From Fistulifera solaris (taxonomy: Eukaryota), in NCBI GenBank assembly GCA_030295235.1, contig AP026164.1:248001-312000 (forward strand): a stretch of DNA of 64,000 bases, in the 5' to 3' direction. Position numbers and translations under genes: made by a program. Within the stretch, counting starts at the first letter, position 1, and each line of letters starts with the position of its first letter. The notes beneath the pieces were generated by a model. That model did no database searches, was not told where the DNA came from, and worked only from the letters and a program-made list of their open reading frames with translations. Below, one piece after another: positions 25,325 through 37,385 of this stretch.

Positions 25325-25960
25325 TTATTTGGCAGCATCCGGGGCTTTCATCGCAAAACTCTCCGTGAATTCACGTGCACGTTTTATGGCTTCCGCTTCG
25401 TTATTCTTCCAAACTTCCGCCACCGTATTATCTAGAGGGTCATCAGGGTTTGGAGCACTCAGTAAAGCCTGAATACTGAGAAGAACTGTTCGAATTTGCA
25501 AGGCCGGACTCCATTTGTCTTTGAGAATATCTAAGCAAATCCGCCCTAATTTGTCGACATTGGGATGGTATATTTTCGTCAAAAGCGGACTAATGGCGGT
25601 GCCATCGGATAGTCTGCCGGCAAGAATAATTCCAGTTGAAAGACTCCGCGCTCGTAGGGTGAATCGGCGGGGCCTTCAATGGCGACTGCAAAATAGCGCA
25701 AATTGTCCTGATACGGAGTCGCACTAATTCCGGCAACGGGCTCTGCGATCAAACGTTGTGTCTCCTGTCGATGAATAGAACGTACTGTGAGTGTCTATTT
25801 ATGAAGAAAAGACTGCTAATTCTTGCGTTTGACCTTGGTTTTTCTGTTCTTTCAAGTGATAACAATCGTCGGCCATCGTCTTGTATAGACCTTCTCGTTT
25901 CTCTCGGTATGTTAGCCAACTTACCTTAACGATACGACGCGGGAGCTGTGCGTTACTCAT
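25325..25960 (-). CDS. UBC13: Ubiquitin-conjugating enzyme E2 N; intron 25924-25765, frameshift ~25583
   Basis: [73 protein letters not shown]. Confidence 0.95.
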
Positions 25961-26605
25961 GATGGCAGTCTTGTCGCTTACTTCGTACTGCTGAAAGGAC
26001 CACAAATCGTCAATAGCCGGATGAATAGAACGTAATGACTTCTTCTGCGGTGCAAAGACCTTTGCGCTTGGCTTTATTGCTGTCAACAAAATTCATTCTT
26101 CGACCGTCGTCGACCGTCGCTATGCGCGTCGTCAGCGCGCAATGAGCTCTGTGCAGGCTTTTCTCCGACGTTGCGTCGCCCGTTGCATACTCGTAACCTT
26201 ACCTGGCACCAGGTAAGGTTTACCGGTACTGCGCAACTAAGGGTGCGCCACGTTGCTCGAAGAACACGTAGAGCAACTTTGAACTTTGAACGGGCATGTG
26301 TCACGAACCAATGACCGTTAACAGTAATAAATGCAAAAGCAGTCTACATGAAAAGTTATAGTCACGTTTCAACGGCAACCTGACTACTAAATATAAATCA
26401 ATAGTATCACGTTCTTGGTCGCGGACTGGAACACCAGTCTACTCTTGCAATCATACTGACTAGATGAAGCAAGAAGCAAAAACAGAACAAGAAAAAACTT
26501 CATTCTTCTCCCCCGCACCCGCACCTCTCGTCACTCTGCTTCTGTTGCAGAGATAAACAACAAATAGAACCATATCGCTTTCAAAACTTGCACACCGCTC
26601 CAAAA

Positions 26606-27637
26606 ATGAACGACCCGACTGGCACACAAAATCGAGAGCGCGAAACCGAATATACTCGTCGCTCCTTCGGGCTTTTTCCTTATCTCAGCGACGATCTAAA
26701 GCATCACGTCATTTCTTTCATTGCCGATGCACCATTGGAGAAATTGCCAGAAAACTATCCGGTCTCGTCATTAACACATTCTCTCCCTTCAGTCTCGAAA
26801 AAGTTTCATTACCTTTCGAAACATGACTACTTTTGGAGAAGGGCCATCATGCGACAAACAGCGCGGGAGCCTATTCTTTGGAGGACCGCACTCTTTCGCA
26901 TGCTTCAAACGAGCCAGACGAGTGATTGCGCCTCCAATCTTTCTTCTTCTAAAGCTGCATTGAACGCCAGAAAGTTTGCTGGAACCGATGAGGAACTCAT
27001 TGATATGGTGCATGCAGCATTGGAACGACCATCCTTCAAATCTGTCTATCAAATCGTCGTTTCTGAGCATCTGCGTTACAAAGGGCCAGTCCTGTGTATG
27101 TTGGGGCAAATTCAACTGGGTCAATTCTACGAACTCAATGTTGCGGATCGAATGATATACAAAGTGATGCGGCAAATCATGAAAGAACATCCTGAATCGG
27201 CGCGACAGGGTGGCCCCATCGTCAATGACGCGATCTTTGTTCACGCCAATCGGGGGCCTCTGGCCAAAACGACGCCCGCTGTCTTGGTACAGGTCATGCG
27301 CTGCGAACTTTTCCCACAAGAAGAACGGGCACATGTTGTTTTACTTCCTATTGCTCATGTGTGGATGGAAAAAGTATGGATGTGCACCAAAGGCAGTGAC
27401 CTGGTCTACGCGCAATGCCTCCGAATGACCAACCGAGTATCAGCGGATATGAATCGACTTGCTCGGCAAGAAGCTCTGGCTTCCATCATGGGACGCGTGG
27501 TTGGGGACGTTTTGGAATCAAATTATTTCGACGATCTCATGGTCGATGACGACTCGGATGATGAGGTATCAGCCGCTTCGTCATCCGATTTCGACGAGGA
27601 CGAAGACGATCTAGCATCACTTACAGAAGTGTTCTGA
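26606..27637 (+). CDS. F-box-like protein with a divergent Lon-N/PUA-like C-terminal domain and an acidic tail
   Basis: LSDDLKHHVISFI...LPSVSKKF..LSKHDYFWRR (F-box-like); GPVLCM...YELNVADRMIYKVM loosely resembles Lon-N. Confidence 0.55.
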   Translation: MNDPTGTQNRERETEYTRRSFGLFPYLSDDLKHHVISFIADAPLEKLPENYPVSSLTHSLPSVSKKFHYLSKHDYFWRRAIMRQTAREPILWRTALFRMLQTSQTSDCASNLSSSKAALNARKFAGTDEELIDMVHAALERPSFKSVYQIVVSEHLRYKGPVLCMLGQIQLGQFYELNVADRMIYKVMRQIMKEHPESARQGGPIVNDAIFVHANRGPLAKTTPAVLVQVMRCELFPQEERAHVVLLPIAHVWMEKVWMCTKGSDLVYAQCLRMTNRVSADMNRLARQEALASIMGRVVGDVLESNYFDDLMVDDDSDDEVSAASSSDFDEDEDDLASLTEVF

Positions 27638-27736
27638 GTTGCAAATTGACAAGAATGCCTTTGTGATTCCGGATTTTAGAAGAAAGACGCACAACAAAAA
27701 TGCATAATTTACTATTTTCATGTACCATCGTAGGTT

Positions 27737-28246
27737 TCATTTTGTGTCTTCATCGTCATCGTCGTAGTCATCCTCATCGTCATCATCCTCTTGATCTCCT
27801 TTTCCATAAGTCAAAGGGACGTTTCCTCTCTCGACTTGCGTCCAGTATTCATCCATCCCTTCGTCCGGATTGAAGTAGATATAAATTCCTATCCCAGTTG
27901 TTAGAGTCGCCAAAAACGCCGCTAAATATCTTCGAAAGGGATTTGTTCGTGTCGGAGGTGGAGGCGGAAGACTTAATAGTGGAGGCGGCCGAGAATAATC
28001 AACTTTGCAAAGACCGTAGGGACCCAGTGCATCGCCTTTGGGAATCTCATCCGCCGCTAACCGCCATTTGGGTCTAGCTACGGAAGATCGGGATCGTCCT
28101 GCACTTGTGCGTCTTGGTGTTTTACTTGAAGCCGAAAAGAATCGGTGGTGTCGCATAGTATTACTGCAAAGTGATTTTGTTAAATGTCTTTTTGTTGCTG
28201 AGAATTGTGGTTGCAGACAATGATGGTTTGTAACAAAGGAACGCAT
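27737..28246 (-). CDS. Hypothetical single-pass (probably mitochondrial) membrane protein
   Basis: Arg/Ser-rich N-terminus, Pro tract, one TM helix, acidic tail. Confidence 0.6.
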   Translation of the reverse strand: MRSFVTNHHCLQPQFSATKRHLTKSLCSNTMRHHRFFSASSKTPRRTSAGRSRSSVARPKWRLAADEIPKGDALGPYGLCKVDYSRPPPLLSLPPPPPTRTNPFRRYLAAFLATLTTGIGIYIYFNPDEGMDEYWTQVERGNVPLTYGKGDQEDDDDEDDYDDDDEDTK

Positions 28247-28783
28247 TCTTATTTTTGTTCGACGAAGGTTCTATACTGCCTTTCTCTCTACCGTTTCCCC
28301 TCGACGCAATTTTCACTTCAGTGATATGCAAATACGATTCTTAAAATAATGGTATGGAAAGAAATACAAGATTCATCAAGAGTCTTTAATCAAATAATTA
28401 TGACAACAGAGAAAAAATGCGCGGCTCTGAGCTGTTGTTGGCAATCGACGAATAGGTCGATTGGTTTCATGTTTCATTCACGATGATTCCGACTGTCTGC
28501 TCTCCGTCATTTATGTGGGAGGAACAAAGGAACAAGGAACAGGGAATTTCTACAATTAGAATGGAAATATTTCGAGTTTTGAGTACCGGATTCCCGCGCC
28601 GGCAACCCCATCCGGCACGCGAAAATGCATGGAGTTTGCCCATAGAGAACCTCGACGTACGAACAAGAGCGGCAAAACGACAACGTGCGTGTTTTTGTCT
28701 CCCGATCTTTCCGTTGTGTATCATCAACTCAAATCATCGGTTTCAAAAGTTCAAAGCACTTGTTTTACTTACAAGCGCGAACC

Positions 28784-30809
28784 ATGGTATCTTCTCCATT
28801 CAAACCTGGCAACTTTTTAGCCGCTGTTGCGATCGCTTCGGTGATTGCCCAAACGGCAGCTTTCTCCTCTCAAGGGTAAGGATTTTGAATTGGGCAACAA
28901 TGTTGGCATTAGGCTTGCCGTTCATCTCCGACTAGTCAGTCATTTGACTTGATTTCTAACAAAAACCCGCTCTTCATTCACTTATCTTTGCAGACGGTTC
29001 CATCTATCCGTCTCGAACGCGCGCTCGTTCGTTCAGCCGAAACCTCTTGGCTTCGCGTCTATCACTTCCACATCTTTGGAGGCCCATTTGAATGACAATG
29101 CATCCCAGACAGTCCCCTTGAAGCGCCGTGTCGCTGCAAAGGTACGTATTTCGTGCTTCACAGTCGTATCCTGAACTATCGATTTGATCATCTAACACAA
29201 TGTACGCACTTATGACAAACAGATTCTTAGTAGGGTGGCTTTCGGTTTCTGCTCACTCGCTCTCTTGCACATGGCGACGTTGGAACCAGCCAATGCTGCC
29301 CGAAAGGCCAAAAAAGCAGTCGAGGTTCCTTTGCACCTTGGACAGAAAATCGCAAACTACTTCCGTACCTTTGGAATCCCTGATCTAGGCGTTCTTACGA
29401 TCATCTCCGCTTTGCCCATTGTCGAGCTTCGTGGGGCTATTCCGGTCGGCATCTGGATGGGTTTACCGATTTCGAAAGTCTTGCCCGTTTGCATCTTGGG
29501 AAACATGATTCCGATTCTCCCTCTTCTATTATTGCTCCGAAACAAGACGTTGAAAAATGCCATGAATCCTATTCTCACTCAGGCGGAGAAGAAAACTAAG
29601 GAACTCGGTATCGGTTCAGTACAAAAGCAATGGGCTTCTCTTGCTACCTTTGTTGGTATTCCCTTGCCGGGAACCGGTGCCTGGACGGGTGCCATGGGAG
29701 CCTTCTTGCTCGGTATGCCTCTTGCTGTTGCCTTCACCTCGATTTTCGCCGGTGTTGTTTCGGCTGGTGTGATCATGACCGCCATCACTCTTGCCGGAAA
29801 AGCTGGTGGAATCGCCGCTCTCGCTGCCTTGTTGCTTTATGCCGGCATTGAGCTTTCCAAAGGCGGTTCGTCGAGTGGCAAGCAAGACTTTTTGGAAGCC
29901 GAACCTTACTGGGATCAGACCAACGTCTCCGTCAATGTCTACAAGAACAAAGCTCCTTTTGTCGGAAAGGTCATCTCCACGAAGCGAATTGTCGGCCCCA
30001 AGGCAACTGGTGAGACTTGCCACATCATCATTGACCACAAAGGCGATTTCCCGTACTGGGAGGGACAATCCTGGGGTGTCATTCCTCCCGGTGTACGTGA
30101 GAAGGACGGAAAGCCACACAGTGTCCGTCTTTACTCTATCGCCTCTTCCCGTTATGGTGATGACATGACCGGAAAGACGGGAAGTCTTTGCGTTCGTCGT
30201 GCCACTTACTGGTGCCCGGAGTTAAAGGCTGACGATCCCGCCAAGAAGGGTATCTGCTCCAACTTCTTGTGTGACACCAAGCCTGGAGATGAAGTTCAAA
30301 TGACTGGCCCCGCTGGTAAAGTGATGCTTCTACCGGAAGAGAACCCCAACACGGACTACATCATGGTGGGAACCGGAACTGGTGTTGCTCCCTACCGTGG
30401 CTTCATTCGAAGATTGTTTGTCGAGAATACTCCCGCCGCGGAAGCCTATAAGGGACAAGCCTGGTTGTTCCTTGGTGTTGCTAACAGCGACGCTCTCCTT
30501 TACGACGACGAGTGGCAAGCGGTCAAGAAAGAACACCCGGAACAGTTCCGCTTGGACTATGCACTCTCTCGTGAACAGACGAACGCTAAAGGTGGTAAGA
30601 TGTACATTCAAGATAAGATTGAAGAGTATGCGGATGAAGTTTTCAACAAGCTTGAGAATGGTGCCGTCATTTATTTTTGCGGACTCAAGGGCATGATGCC
30701 TGGAATTCAGGAGATGCTTGAGACTGTTGCCAAGAAGAAGGGTATTGACTACGAAGAGTGGATCAAGGGCCTGAAAGCTAAGAAGCAGTGGAGAGTTGAG
30801 GTTTATTAA
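28784..30809 (+). CDS. petH: Plastid fusion protein: COG2426/Sm_multidrug_ex membrane domain + ferredoxin-NADP+ reductase; exons 28784-28875, 28994-29141, 29223-30809 (608 aa)
   Basis: Spliced frame is open. TAA-F presequence; [13 protein letters not shown] and [18 protein letters not shown] motifs [43 protein letters not shown]. Confidence 0.93.
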
Positions 30810-31247
30810 ATGACCGGTATATAATCGTTTCGACGCTAAAATGAAGAAGTACATGTCTAGTAAACTTACATCTTTCTTTGTCACGTCTCGTCACGTATAC
30901 TTTGTATGCATTTGATAGTAATTAGTTGAATGGTATTGGGATTTTCAAGACGAATCTTTTGTTTGCTAGCAAGAAGGCGAAAACACGAATATGGCACACA
31001 ATCCAGATTGCAGAAGTAAAAGCATTTAGTTGAAAAAGCGAAAGACGGCTAAGTTTTGGATTGCTTAGTGAAAATTTCATCAATCGCATGATCTCTTTGA
31101 AATTAGGCCTCTTCCTTCAGGACTTAGTTTCGTTGACTTCAATCGTCTCTCAAAACGCGCAACATCCTCAACTATGCATTTAAGGAAAGGGTCCTATCAT
31201 ATCTGAGTACCGCTCAGCTTTAAGGGGCTGTATAGTCAACAAAATTC

Positions 31248-31415
31248 TGACGTTTCGCAACTAAGTTTACTTACGTCATTATGACGTGGTTGTCGCTGGC
31301 AGAATTACAAAGTGTAGAAAGGATTTTTATGGAAGGTGACGTAAGCTGAAGTTGTTACGACTGAATGACGTATGACAACGAATAGGTCATACAGTGGCTC
31401 AAAGAGTAAACGTCA
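31248..31415. promoter_or_regulatory. Cluster of six TGACGT/ACGTCA bZIP-type sites
   Basis: Sites at 31248, 31273, 31282, 31337, 31366, 31410. Confidence 0.55.
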
Positions 31416-31919
31416 GTCATTTTTATAACGAAAAATTCCCCCACGGAAAATCTAACGTGTTTCGAAATGGAAGAGTACTTTCTAACTAATAATAACGTCC
31501 CTTTCAACGCTTTTCACGTGACCGTTTTCACTTTCAAGGCCACAAGAATTAGAGGGGGAAGTTTTTGGCGGGGCGGATAGCTTGAACCCGAAAACTGCCG
31601 GAACCCCGCTGGCGCTTGTTGAATGTGCTATTGACTGTACAACGACGGATCTGCCGCTCGAAGAAAAAGACCGTTGCAGCTTTCGGCTCTCCAAGAGCCA
31701 AGGAAGCCATCGGTGATCCTTCTTTCGTCTTCATAAAATCGCTACTCCGTGTCTGGACTGCCGAGGTGGTCATTCGTTCGAAATCGCTTTGACCATCAAC
31801 CAACCAAAGCCAATTGTTCCTTTATCGGAAAGTCTATTGCTTTGCTTTCATAAAAAGTGCCATCGCCTACCCCTTTGAACACAATACAAGCTTTGCCTGC
31901 AAGCCAACCCAAGTTCACC

Positions 31920-33032
31920 ATGTCGACGACTCCTCAAACCGACCGCCTTCCGCTCCGAAAGCGATTTGGGCAGTTCTTCAAGAAACTTACTACTCCTAGA
32001 GCTCCAGCAACAAGAGCTAGAACCCGAGCACCGTAAGTGCAGCTTTGTTGTTGTCCTGCAGATGTTTGCGGCACCGCCTCATTTGACTTCTTCTTCTTCT
32101 TTTCAATGATGCATTAGACCTCGTGATGACCAATTTCATTACGTTATCTCCGCTGCCCAGGAAGACGAGATTCGAGAAAGCTTTCTCATTGAAAAGTTGA
32201 GGGGTTACACACAGGTATGTTGCTGTGAATGGTCCCATGCGGTTGTCGAATTGAATTGAGGATAATGACTGTGTGTTTTCTTCGTTGCTATGAACACCTC
32301 TAACTCTGCGCTTCGGCTACTTTGCAGAGTCTGACCGATTCCGATTTCGAATCGATTATGATGGACAAGAGTGATGCTGATAACAGCATCGAAGACTCCT
32401 GTGAGAAAGACGACGACTGTGAAGCCGAGAATGGCTTTATTTTTGTTCCCTTGCCAGGGACTAAATGTCATGACGATTCTGTCGATGACGCAGAAAAAAT
32501 GAACCGCAAAGTTCCCAATAGTTGCGCCATTTGCCTCTCGTCTTTTGAGCCCGAGGATCGTGTTACGTGGTCATCTAACAAGGAATGCACGCATGTATTT
32601 CATCACTCATGCATCATTGATTGGCTCAATTCGAGTGGTCGCAGACAGTTGAGGAGACGAAGGCGTCAGGGCCAACAAGAAGGCGTATTCAATTATGCCA
32701 ATGACCCGTTACGAAAGATTACTCGATTCCCTATGCCATGCCCGTGTTGTCGCCAGGTGTTTGCTTTGTGTTCCGAGACAAACGAGAACGCCGCCGAAGA
32801 AGTTGCTCCCGCACAGCCGGCACCAAGTTCAGAATCGGCACATGCAAGCGCTGTCACTGGTGACGACCACCCGGAACAATTAGCTGAATCTGTTGAAACT
32901 GCTGTTCCTACTGAGGACTTGGATGAGCCGGAAGACTCTTCTTGCGTTTCCGACGAAGCCGCGATTGACGACGATGCCTGCACCACTGACATGACTCCTA
33001 TGACTGCTTTGACGTGCCCGATCGCAGTGTAG
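31920..33032 (+). CDS. RING-H2 zinc-finger protein (putative E3 ligase); exons 31920-32032, 32118-32214, 32328-33032
   Basis: CAICLSSF...CTHVFHHSCIIDWL...CPCCR; phase-consistent GT-AG introns. Confidence 0.85.
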
Positions 33033-33493
33033 AGGTATCTTACAACAACTTGAAAGATGAGTAAACGACACTTGGCTCGTTGATAACACCTGTCTCATTT
33101 TGAGTCATTAGTGCTTAGAGTAAAAGTATGAAATGCTAAAAAAAGTTAGTTTCTCTACTAGACTCTTTCTTTGTGGAAGATGCGCTAGCTAGAGGGCTAT
33201 ATTGGTACGAAAAGACGGACTGTTTCGAAAAACATTTACTGCAATTGATCAACTATTACGCCCTAGGTAAATGTTAGCGATTACAAGATGCAAGACCCAG
33301 TTTCATTCGCGTTCGGCACCTAATTGTGCCGACCAAAGACCGAAAGTGACTCCCCCTCACATTTTGGCACTATCCGTTTTGCATCGAAGTTACAAGAATG
33401 ACCGCATTTTCAATCTCTCTATCTATAAACAAGAATTCTTGTTTATATGTGAACCAATTAAAACTCCACCCACGAATGCTTAAATAGGAAACT

Positions 33494-34000
33494 ATGTTCA
33501 GGATTTCAAGATTGCTCGTACTATTCTATGCCCTCTTTCTGCAACTTTGTGGCGCTCAGGATTGTGACGTTGTTTGCGAGAGCAACGTAACAGAGGCGGT
33601 TGCTGCTGCTCGTCAAGAACTCAAAGCGCAGTTGAACGACAAAGTAGACGAGCTCGAGGCCTTGAAGCGAGTTCTCGAAGCTGCCATTGCTCGTCGAAAT
33701 GAAATGGAAAGGAGAACCGCTACTTATGTCAGAGAGCTTCATGAGGTCAAAAGAGAAGTAGACGACTTGAAATTGAGAGCGAGCGATACTGACGCAACGT
33801 TATCAAGAATGAAGGAGGAGATCAAGATTTCTCAGGAAAGATTGTTCTCTGTAACGGACCAGATGATGAAGAAAGACATCAAGATTAGAGAGCTAGAAGC
33901 AGTGGGACTAGTAGATCTACTGATGAAGCGGGCAAACTTTTTAATCAAGACAGTCATTACTTCATTGAAAGGAAGTACATTGAAAGAGCAGGATCTGTAA
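33494..34000 (+). CDS. Secretory-pathway coiled-coil protein
   Basis: Signal peptide followed by a heptad-rich helix. Confidence 0.65.
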   Translation: MFRISRLLVLFYALFLQLCGAQDCDVVCESNVTEAVAAARQELKAQLNDKVDELEALKRVLEAAIARRNEMERRTATYVRELHEVKREVDDLKLRASDTDATLSRMKEEIKISQERLFSVTDQMMKKDIKIRELEAVGLVDLLMKRANFLIKTVITSLKGSTLKEQDL

Positions 34001-34315
34001 TTCCTTGAAGAATTTCTCATCCTTTTCATCTATGGCGCGTCGACAAAGTGGGCAGTCAGCTGTAAATGTCGAATTCAAATCTCAAGTATTTGGCGATCTT
34101 ATCTTCCTTCCAAACGTCTTACACAGTATGCTTATTTGATAAAACGATTAGAACATGCCGATCTCGAACAAATCTGTAGTTTGTTGCCTGTTATGAGTAG
34201 GTTTGAATTGAGTTCAGTAAAAAGTAACTAGGAAGCCCTTCCCCGCAATCCAATAGCCTACCATGCGAGTTAGAATATCGGTGAATATGAACGTTGTTAT
34301 GGTGACATGGGTAAA

Positions 34316-35194
34316 CTAAGTCTCTTCCATTGTGATGAATTTCTCTCTCCGTGAATCATTCGTTATAGATCGGAGAGGTTTAACATCGTGATGATGATGA
34401 TGCTCCATGATTGCTTCGTCATCATCAGCTTCCCTACCATGGTACAGGTAAAGCAAAATGGCAAACATCATATACAGACCAGACAAGAACATGCAGGTAA
34501 TAGCCAGTACGGTTGCTATTCTCTCGACTTCATACGGTTCCCTGTCATCGCGATCGTGGTCGTCTTTCCCATCTTCAACCTTATAGGATCAACAAAAATT
34601 TGAGTCAGCTCGTTCGGGTGCTGTCGAGTACAAATTGAAATCTCCCCTTTGACTTACCGTTACTTCCCCCAAAACAACAGCACAAACCAGTAAAATATTT
34701 GCAAAAACGACGACGGCACCCCCAAATATGCCAGTCTTCATTCGCGAGACAGCGGGAGAAGGAGAAGAAAAACAAGGCCCAATGTAATCACCCCTCAGCG
34801 ATGTAAAGCCCACAATCGCCGTCGATCCATACAAATTAAGGGCGAAGCCCAAAATAACGGAATAAACCGCAACAAACGTCATACTCGGGCTATATAATTG
34901 CGTAAGAGCGATGTATTCTTGAATTTTACGATCGAGAGAACCGTCTTCTTGTCCTTGAGCTTGGCCTTCTTGACCTTCTCCTTCATTATTGTTGTTGTTT
35001 GCGTATTGCCGTTGATATTCTTCATATTGCTGTTCGTAATAATGTTCTAAGCGTATGTAATGTGTATGTATCTGAACCATCATGACCAAAGCTGCGACGA
35101 ATGCCAAGAAATTCAGAATAGTTGTGATAGTCCAAGTAAAAGCTACCAACGATCGTTTGCTGGTCAGAAAAGAACCGCATAGTGAAGGTGCCAT
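34316..35194 (-). CDS. Uncharacterised multi-pass membrane protein; intron 34657-34580
   Basis: About 4 TM helices, N/Q-rich loop; the spliced exon reads VEDGKDD...ERIATVLAITCMFLSGLY...*. Confidence 0.75.
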
Positions 35195-35632
35195 GGAGAA
35201 AGCTGACGGTACGGTTGCAATGAATCAAATTGTTTCTCTAAGAAGTGTACTGTGCTCAGGAATGCTTTGAGAATTGTTTGCAACGTTCCGTTTTCTATGA
35301 TTGTCTGTTTTTGCTTTTAAACGTCGGTCGGCTCGAACAAAACGTCAACAAACAACAGACGCTGTCGAGCGGCAATATGAGACTGCAAGGAGAAACACAG
35401 TCGTGACTCAATTGATACTCAGTCCCAATCTATGAACGGAAAGAAGTTCGCGCACGCGTGACCAATGACAATTTCATAGTAAAAAGTAAGCGACCTTTGA
35501 GGTCGTATAGGTACTGGTTCCTGTAACTTCACGTGACTGCTAGTCGTGATTCACGATTTTGGTTGAAGTCGTCGGCAAGTTGAAGGCCGGATTCGGGGTC
35601 GGCAAAACATTCCCCACCTCGCAACAATCGAT

Positions 35633-35669
35633 TGTTGTTGTTGTTGTTGTTGTTGTTATTGTTGTTGTT
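35633..35669. repeat. (GTT)n microsatellite
   Basis: About 12 near-perfect TGT/GTT units upstream of the gene at 35730. Confidence 0.9.
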
Positions 35670-35729
35670 CGTCGAGAGGTCTTGAACTAGACAGAATCAA
35701 TCCACCATCTCTTTCATTTCCACACAACT

Positions 35730-36870
35730 ATGTTAACAATGAATTGCTGGCACGCAGTAAGCTTACTACTCGCATTGACAAGAGTACAGTCTTTCACAAC
35801 ACCCGTGTCGGTGGCCTATCACACGAGACCGACGCGCCTCTTGTCGGCCGCTGTCGCTGTCAATGGAGACACTTCTGTGCATGTTAATGGTAGTGATGGT
35901 GAAAATACAATGACAATTCGATTGAATGTTTACGAGAAAGCCCGAACTGTCACTTCTGTGTGCACATCCGGAACTCTCTGTACGATTTCCTCACATGAAG
36001 GGATTGACGGTTCACCGTTCGGATCTTTTGTTGATTACGTCCTTGATGACGACGGCAACCCCGTCTTTCTTATGAATGAAATGAGTATGCATACAATCAA
36101 TATCAAGAATGCACAACAGCGAATGAAAGACGACAACAATCCTGCGGCCATGGTCACATTATTCACTCAATTGGGCGGAAACACAAACAACAACAACGAC
36201 GGTCCGTCCTTTGGACCAGGTAGTTCGAGCAACTTGGGAAATAAAGGTTTACAGGATGTTTCCCGTTGTTCCTTGACGGGACGTTTGGAAAAGTTGACTG
36301 CCGATGCACCGGATATGGATGCTATACGAATGCGTTATTCCATTACTCACGTCTACGCCGATCAGGTCATGGACTCTCCCAAATTCGCCTTTTACCGCTT
36401 GATTCCCGATAAAATTTATTTTGTAGGTGGATTCGGTGTTCTTTCCACGTGGGTTGATCCCGAAGATTACAAAATGCCAATCCGGATATTCTCGCGACAC
36501 AAGCCGCCGGAATATGTGCACGCATCAATCGTGATCACGACGAAGACTTGCGTTTCACGGCACAGCACTTATTGAACATTGCTCCCAAAATGCTGACGCG
36601 ATTGAAAGTGTCCGCGTGACCACGGTCGATCGATTGGGGATGGATTTGCGTGTCACCGCTCAGCAGGGGACACGGAGAAACAAACTGCAGACGGATGAAT
36701 TCCGTATTGGGTTCCGCATTCCCGTCCAGTCAGTAGAAGACGCCAAGTCAGAGATTCTCAAAATCTTTCAAGAAGCCTGGGAGAAAGGCAACGGTGTTGA
36801 ATGGGGCGATAACGAGGTTCCCGGAGAGTCTGTACCGATCATGAAGATTGCGGCGGATAGTCTAGAATAA
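35730..36870 (+). CDS. Plastid HugZ/pyridoxamine-oxidase-like heme-binding protein with a DUF2470 (GluTR-binding-protein-like) domain; frameshifts ~36472, ~36588
   Basis: QS-F presequence; SGTLCT, PFGSFVDY, HTINI, YFVGGFG, PDILA, VDRLGMDLRV, FRIGF. Confidence 0.85.
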
Positions 36871-37053
36871 ATATTTATTAATAGTATTATGAGACGATTT
36901 TCGATTGTTTTACTTCATTTTCGGAAACGATACGAGTGAAATGATCTTGAGTTCCTGTAGGGAGTTAAAAGAACGATGTTAACCAACGAGTACATTGGAA
37001 AGCCTAGCCGATATTGAGTACTAAGGTGAATAATTTATTCTCAATGGGGTGTG

Positions 37054-37385
37054 AGCCGGTCGTTGAAGCCCAAGAAAAATTCCTAGATAGGAAAGCTGTG
37101 TTTGTAGCTTCGATGCAAGGAAGCAGGCAACCATACTCGCGATGTCGGTAAAATTCGTCTTAGCATAACAAAGCCCCAACTCGGGGCCTTGGCTTGTTGC
37201 TCTAAATTGAGAGAGAGCCGGTCGTCGAAGCTCAACTGAAGTTCTCCGTTCGTTCGGCAAGCTGTCTCTGTAGCGGCGATGAGAGTAAGCGTGTACCCGG
37301 ATATTCATCGTACCAGCGGGGTAAGCCGGTTGTCTGAGCTCAACTGAAGTTCTTCGATCGACAAGCTGTCTTTGTCGCTTCCATG
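37054..37385 (-). pseudogene. Three degenerate ~60-bp repeats; possible LRR gene relic
   Basis: Copies begin at 37054, 37216 and 37324 (+ strand AGCCGGT...AAGCTGT). Minus-strand peptides IEELQLSSDNRLT / ELQLSFDDRLS / EFFLGFNDRLT are interrupted by stops. Confidence 0.35.

Noticed and set aside
29616..30884. Antisense and alternative-frame ORFs over the FNR fusion
   Set aside because: By-product of strong codon bias; no motifs.
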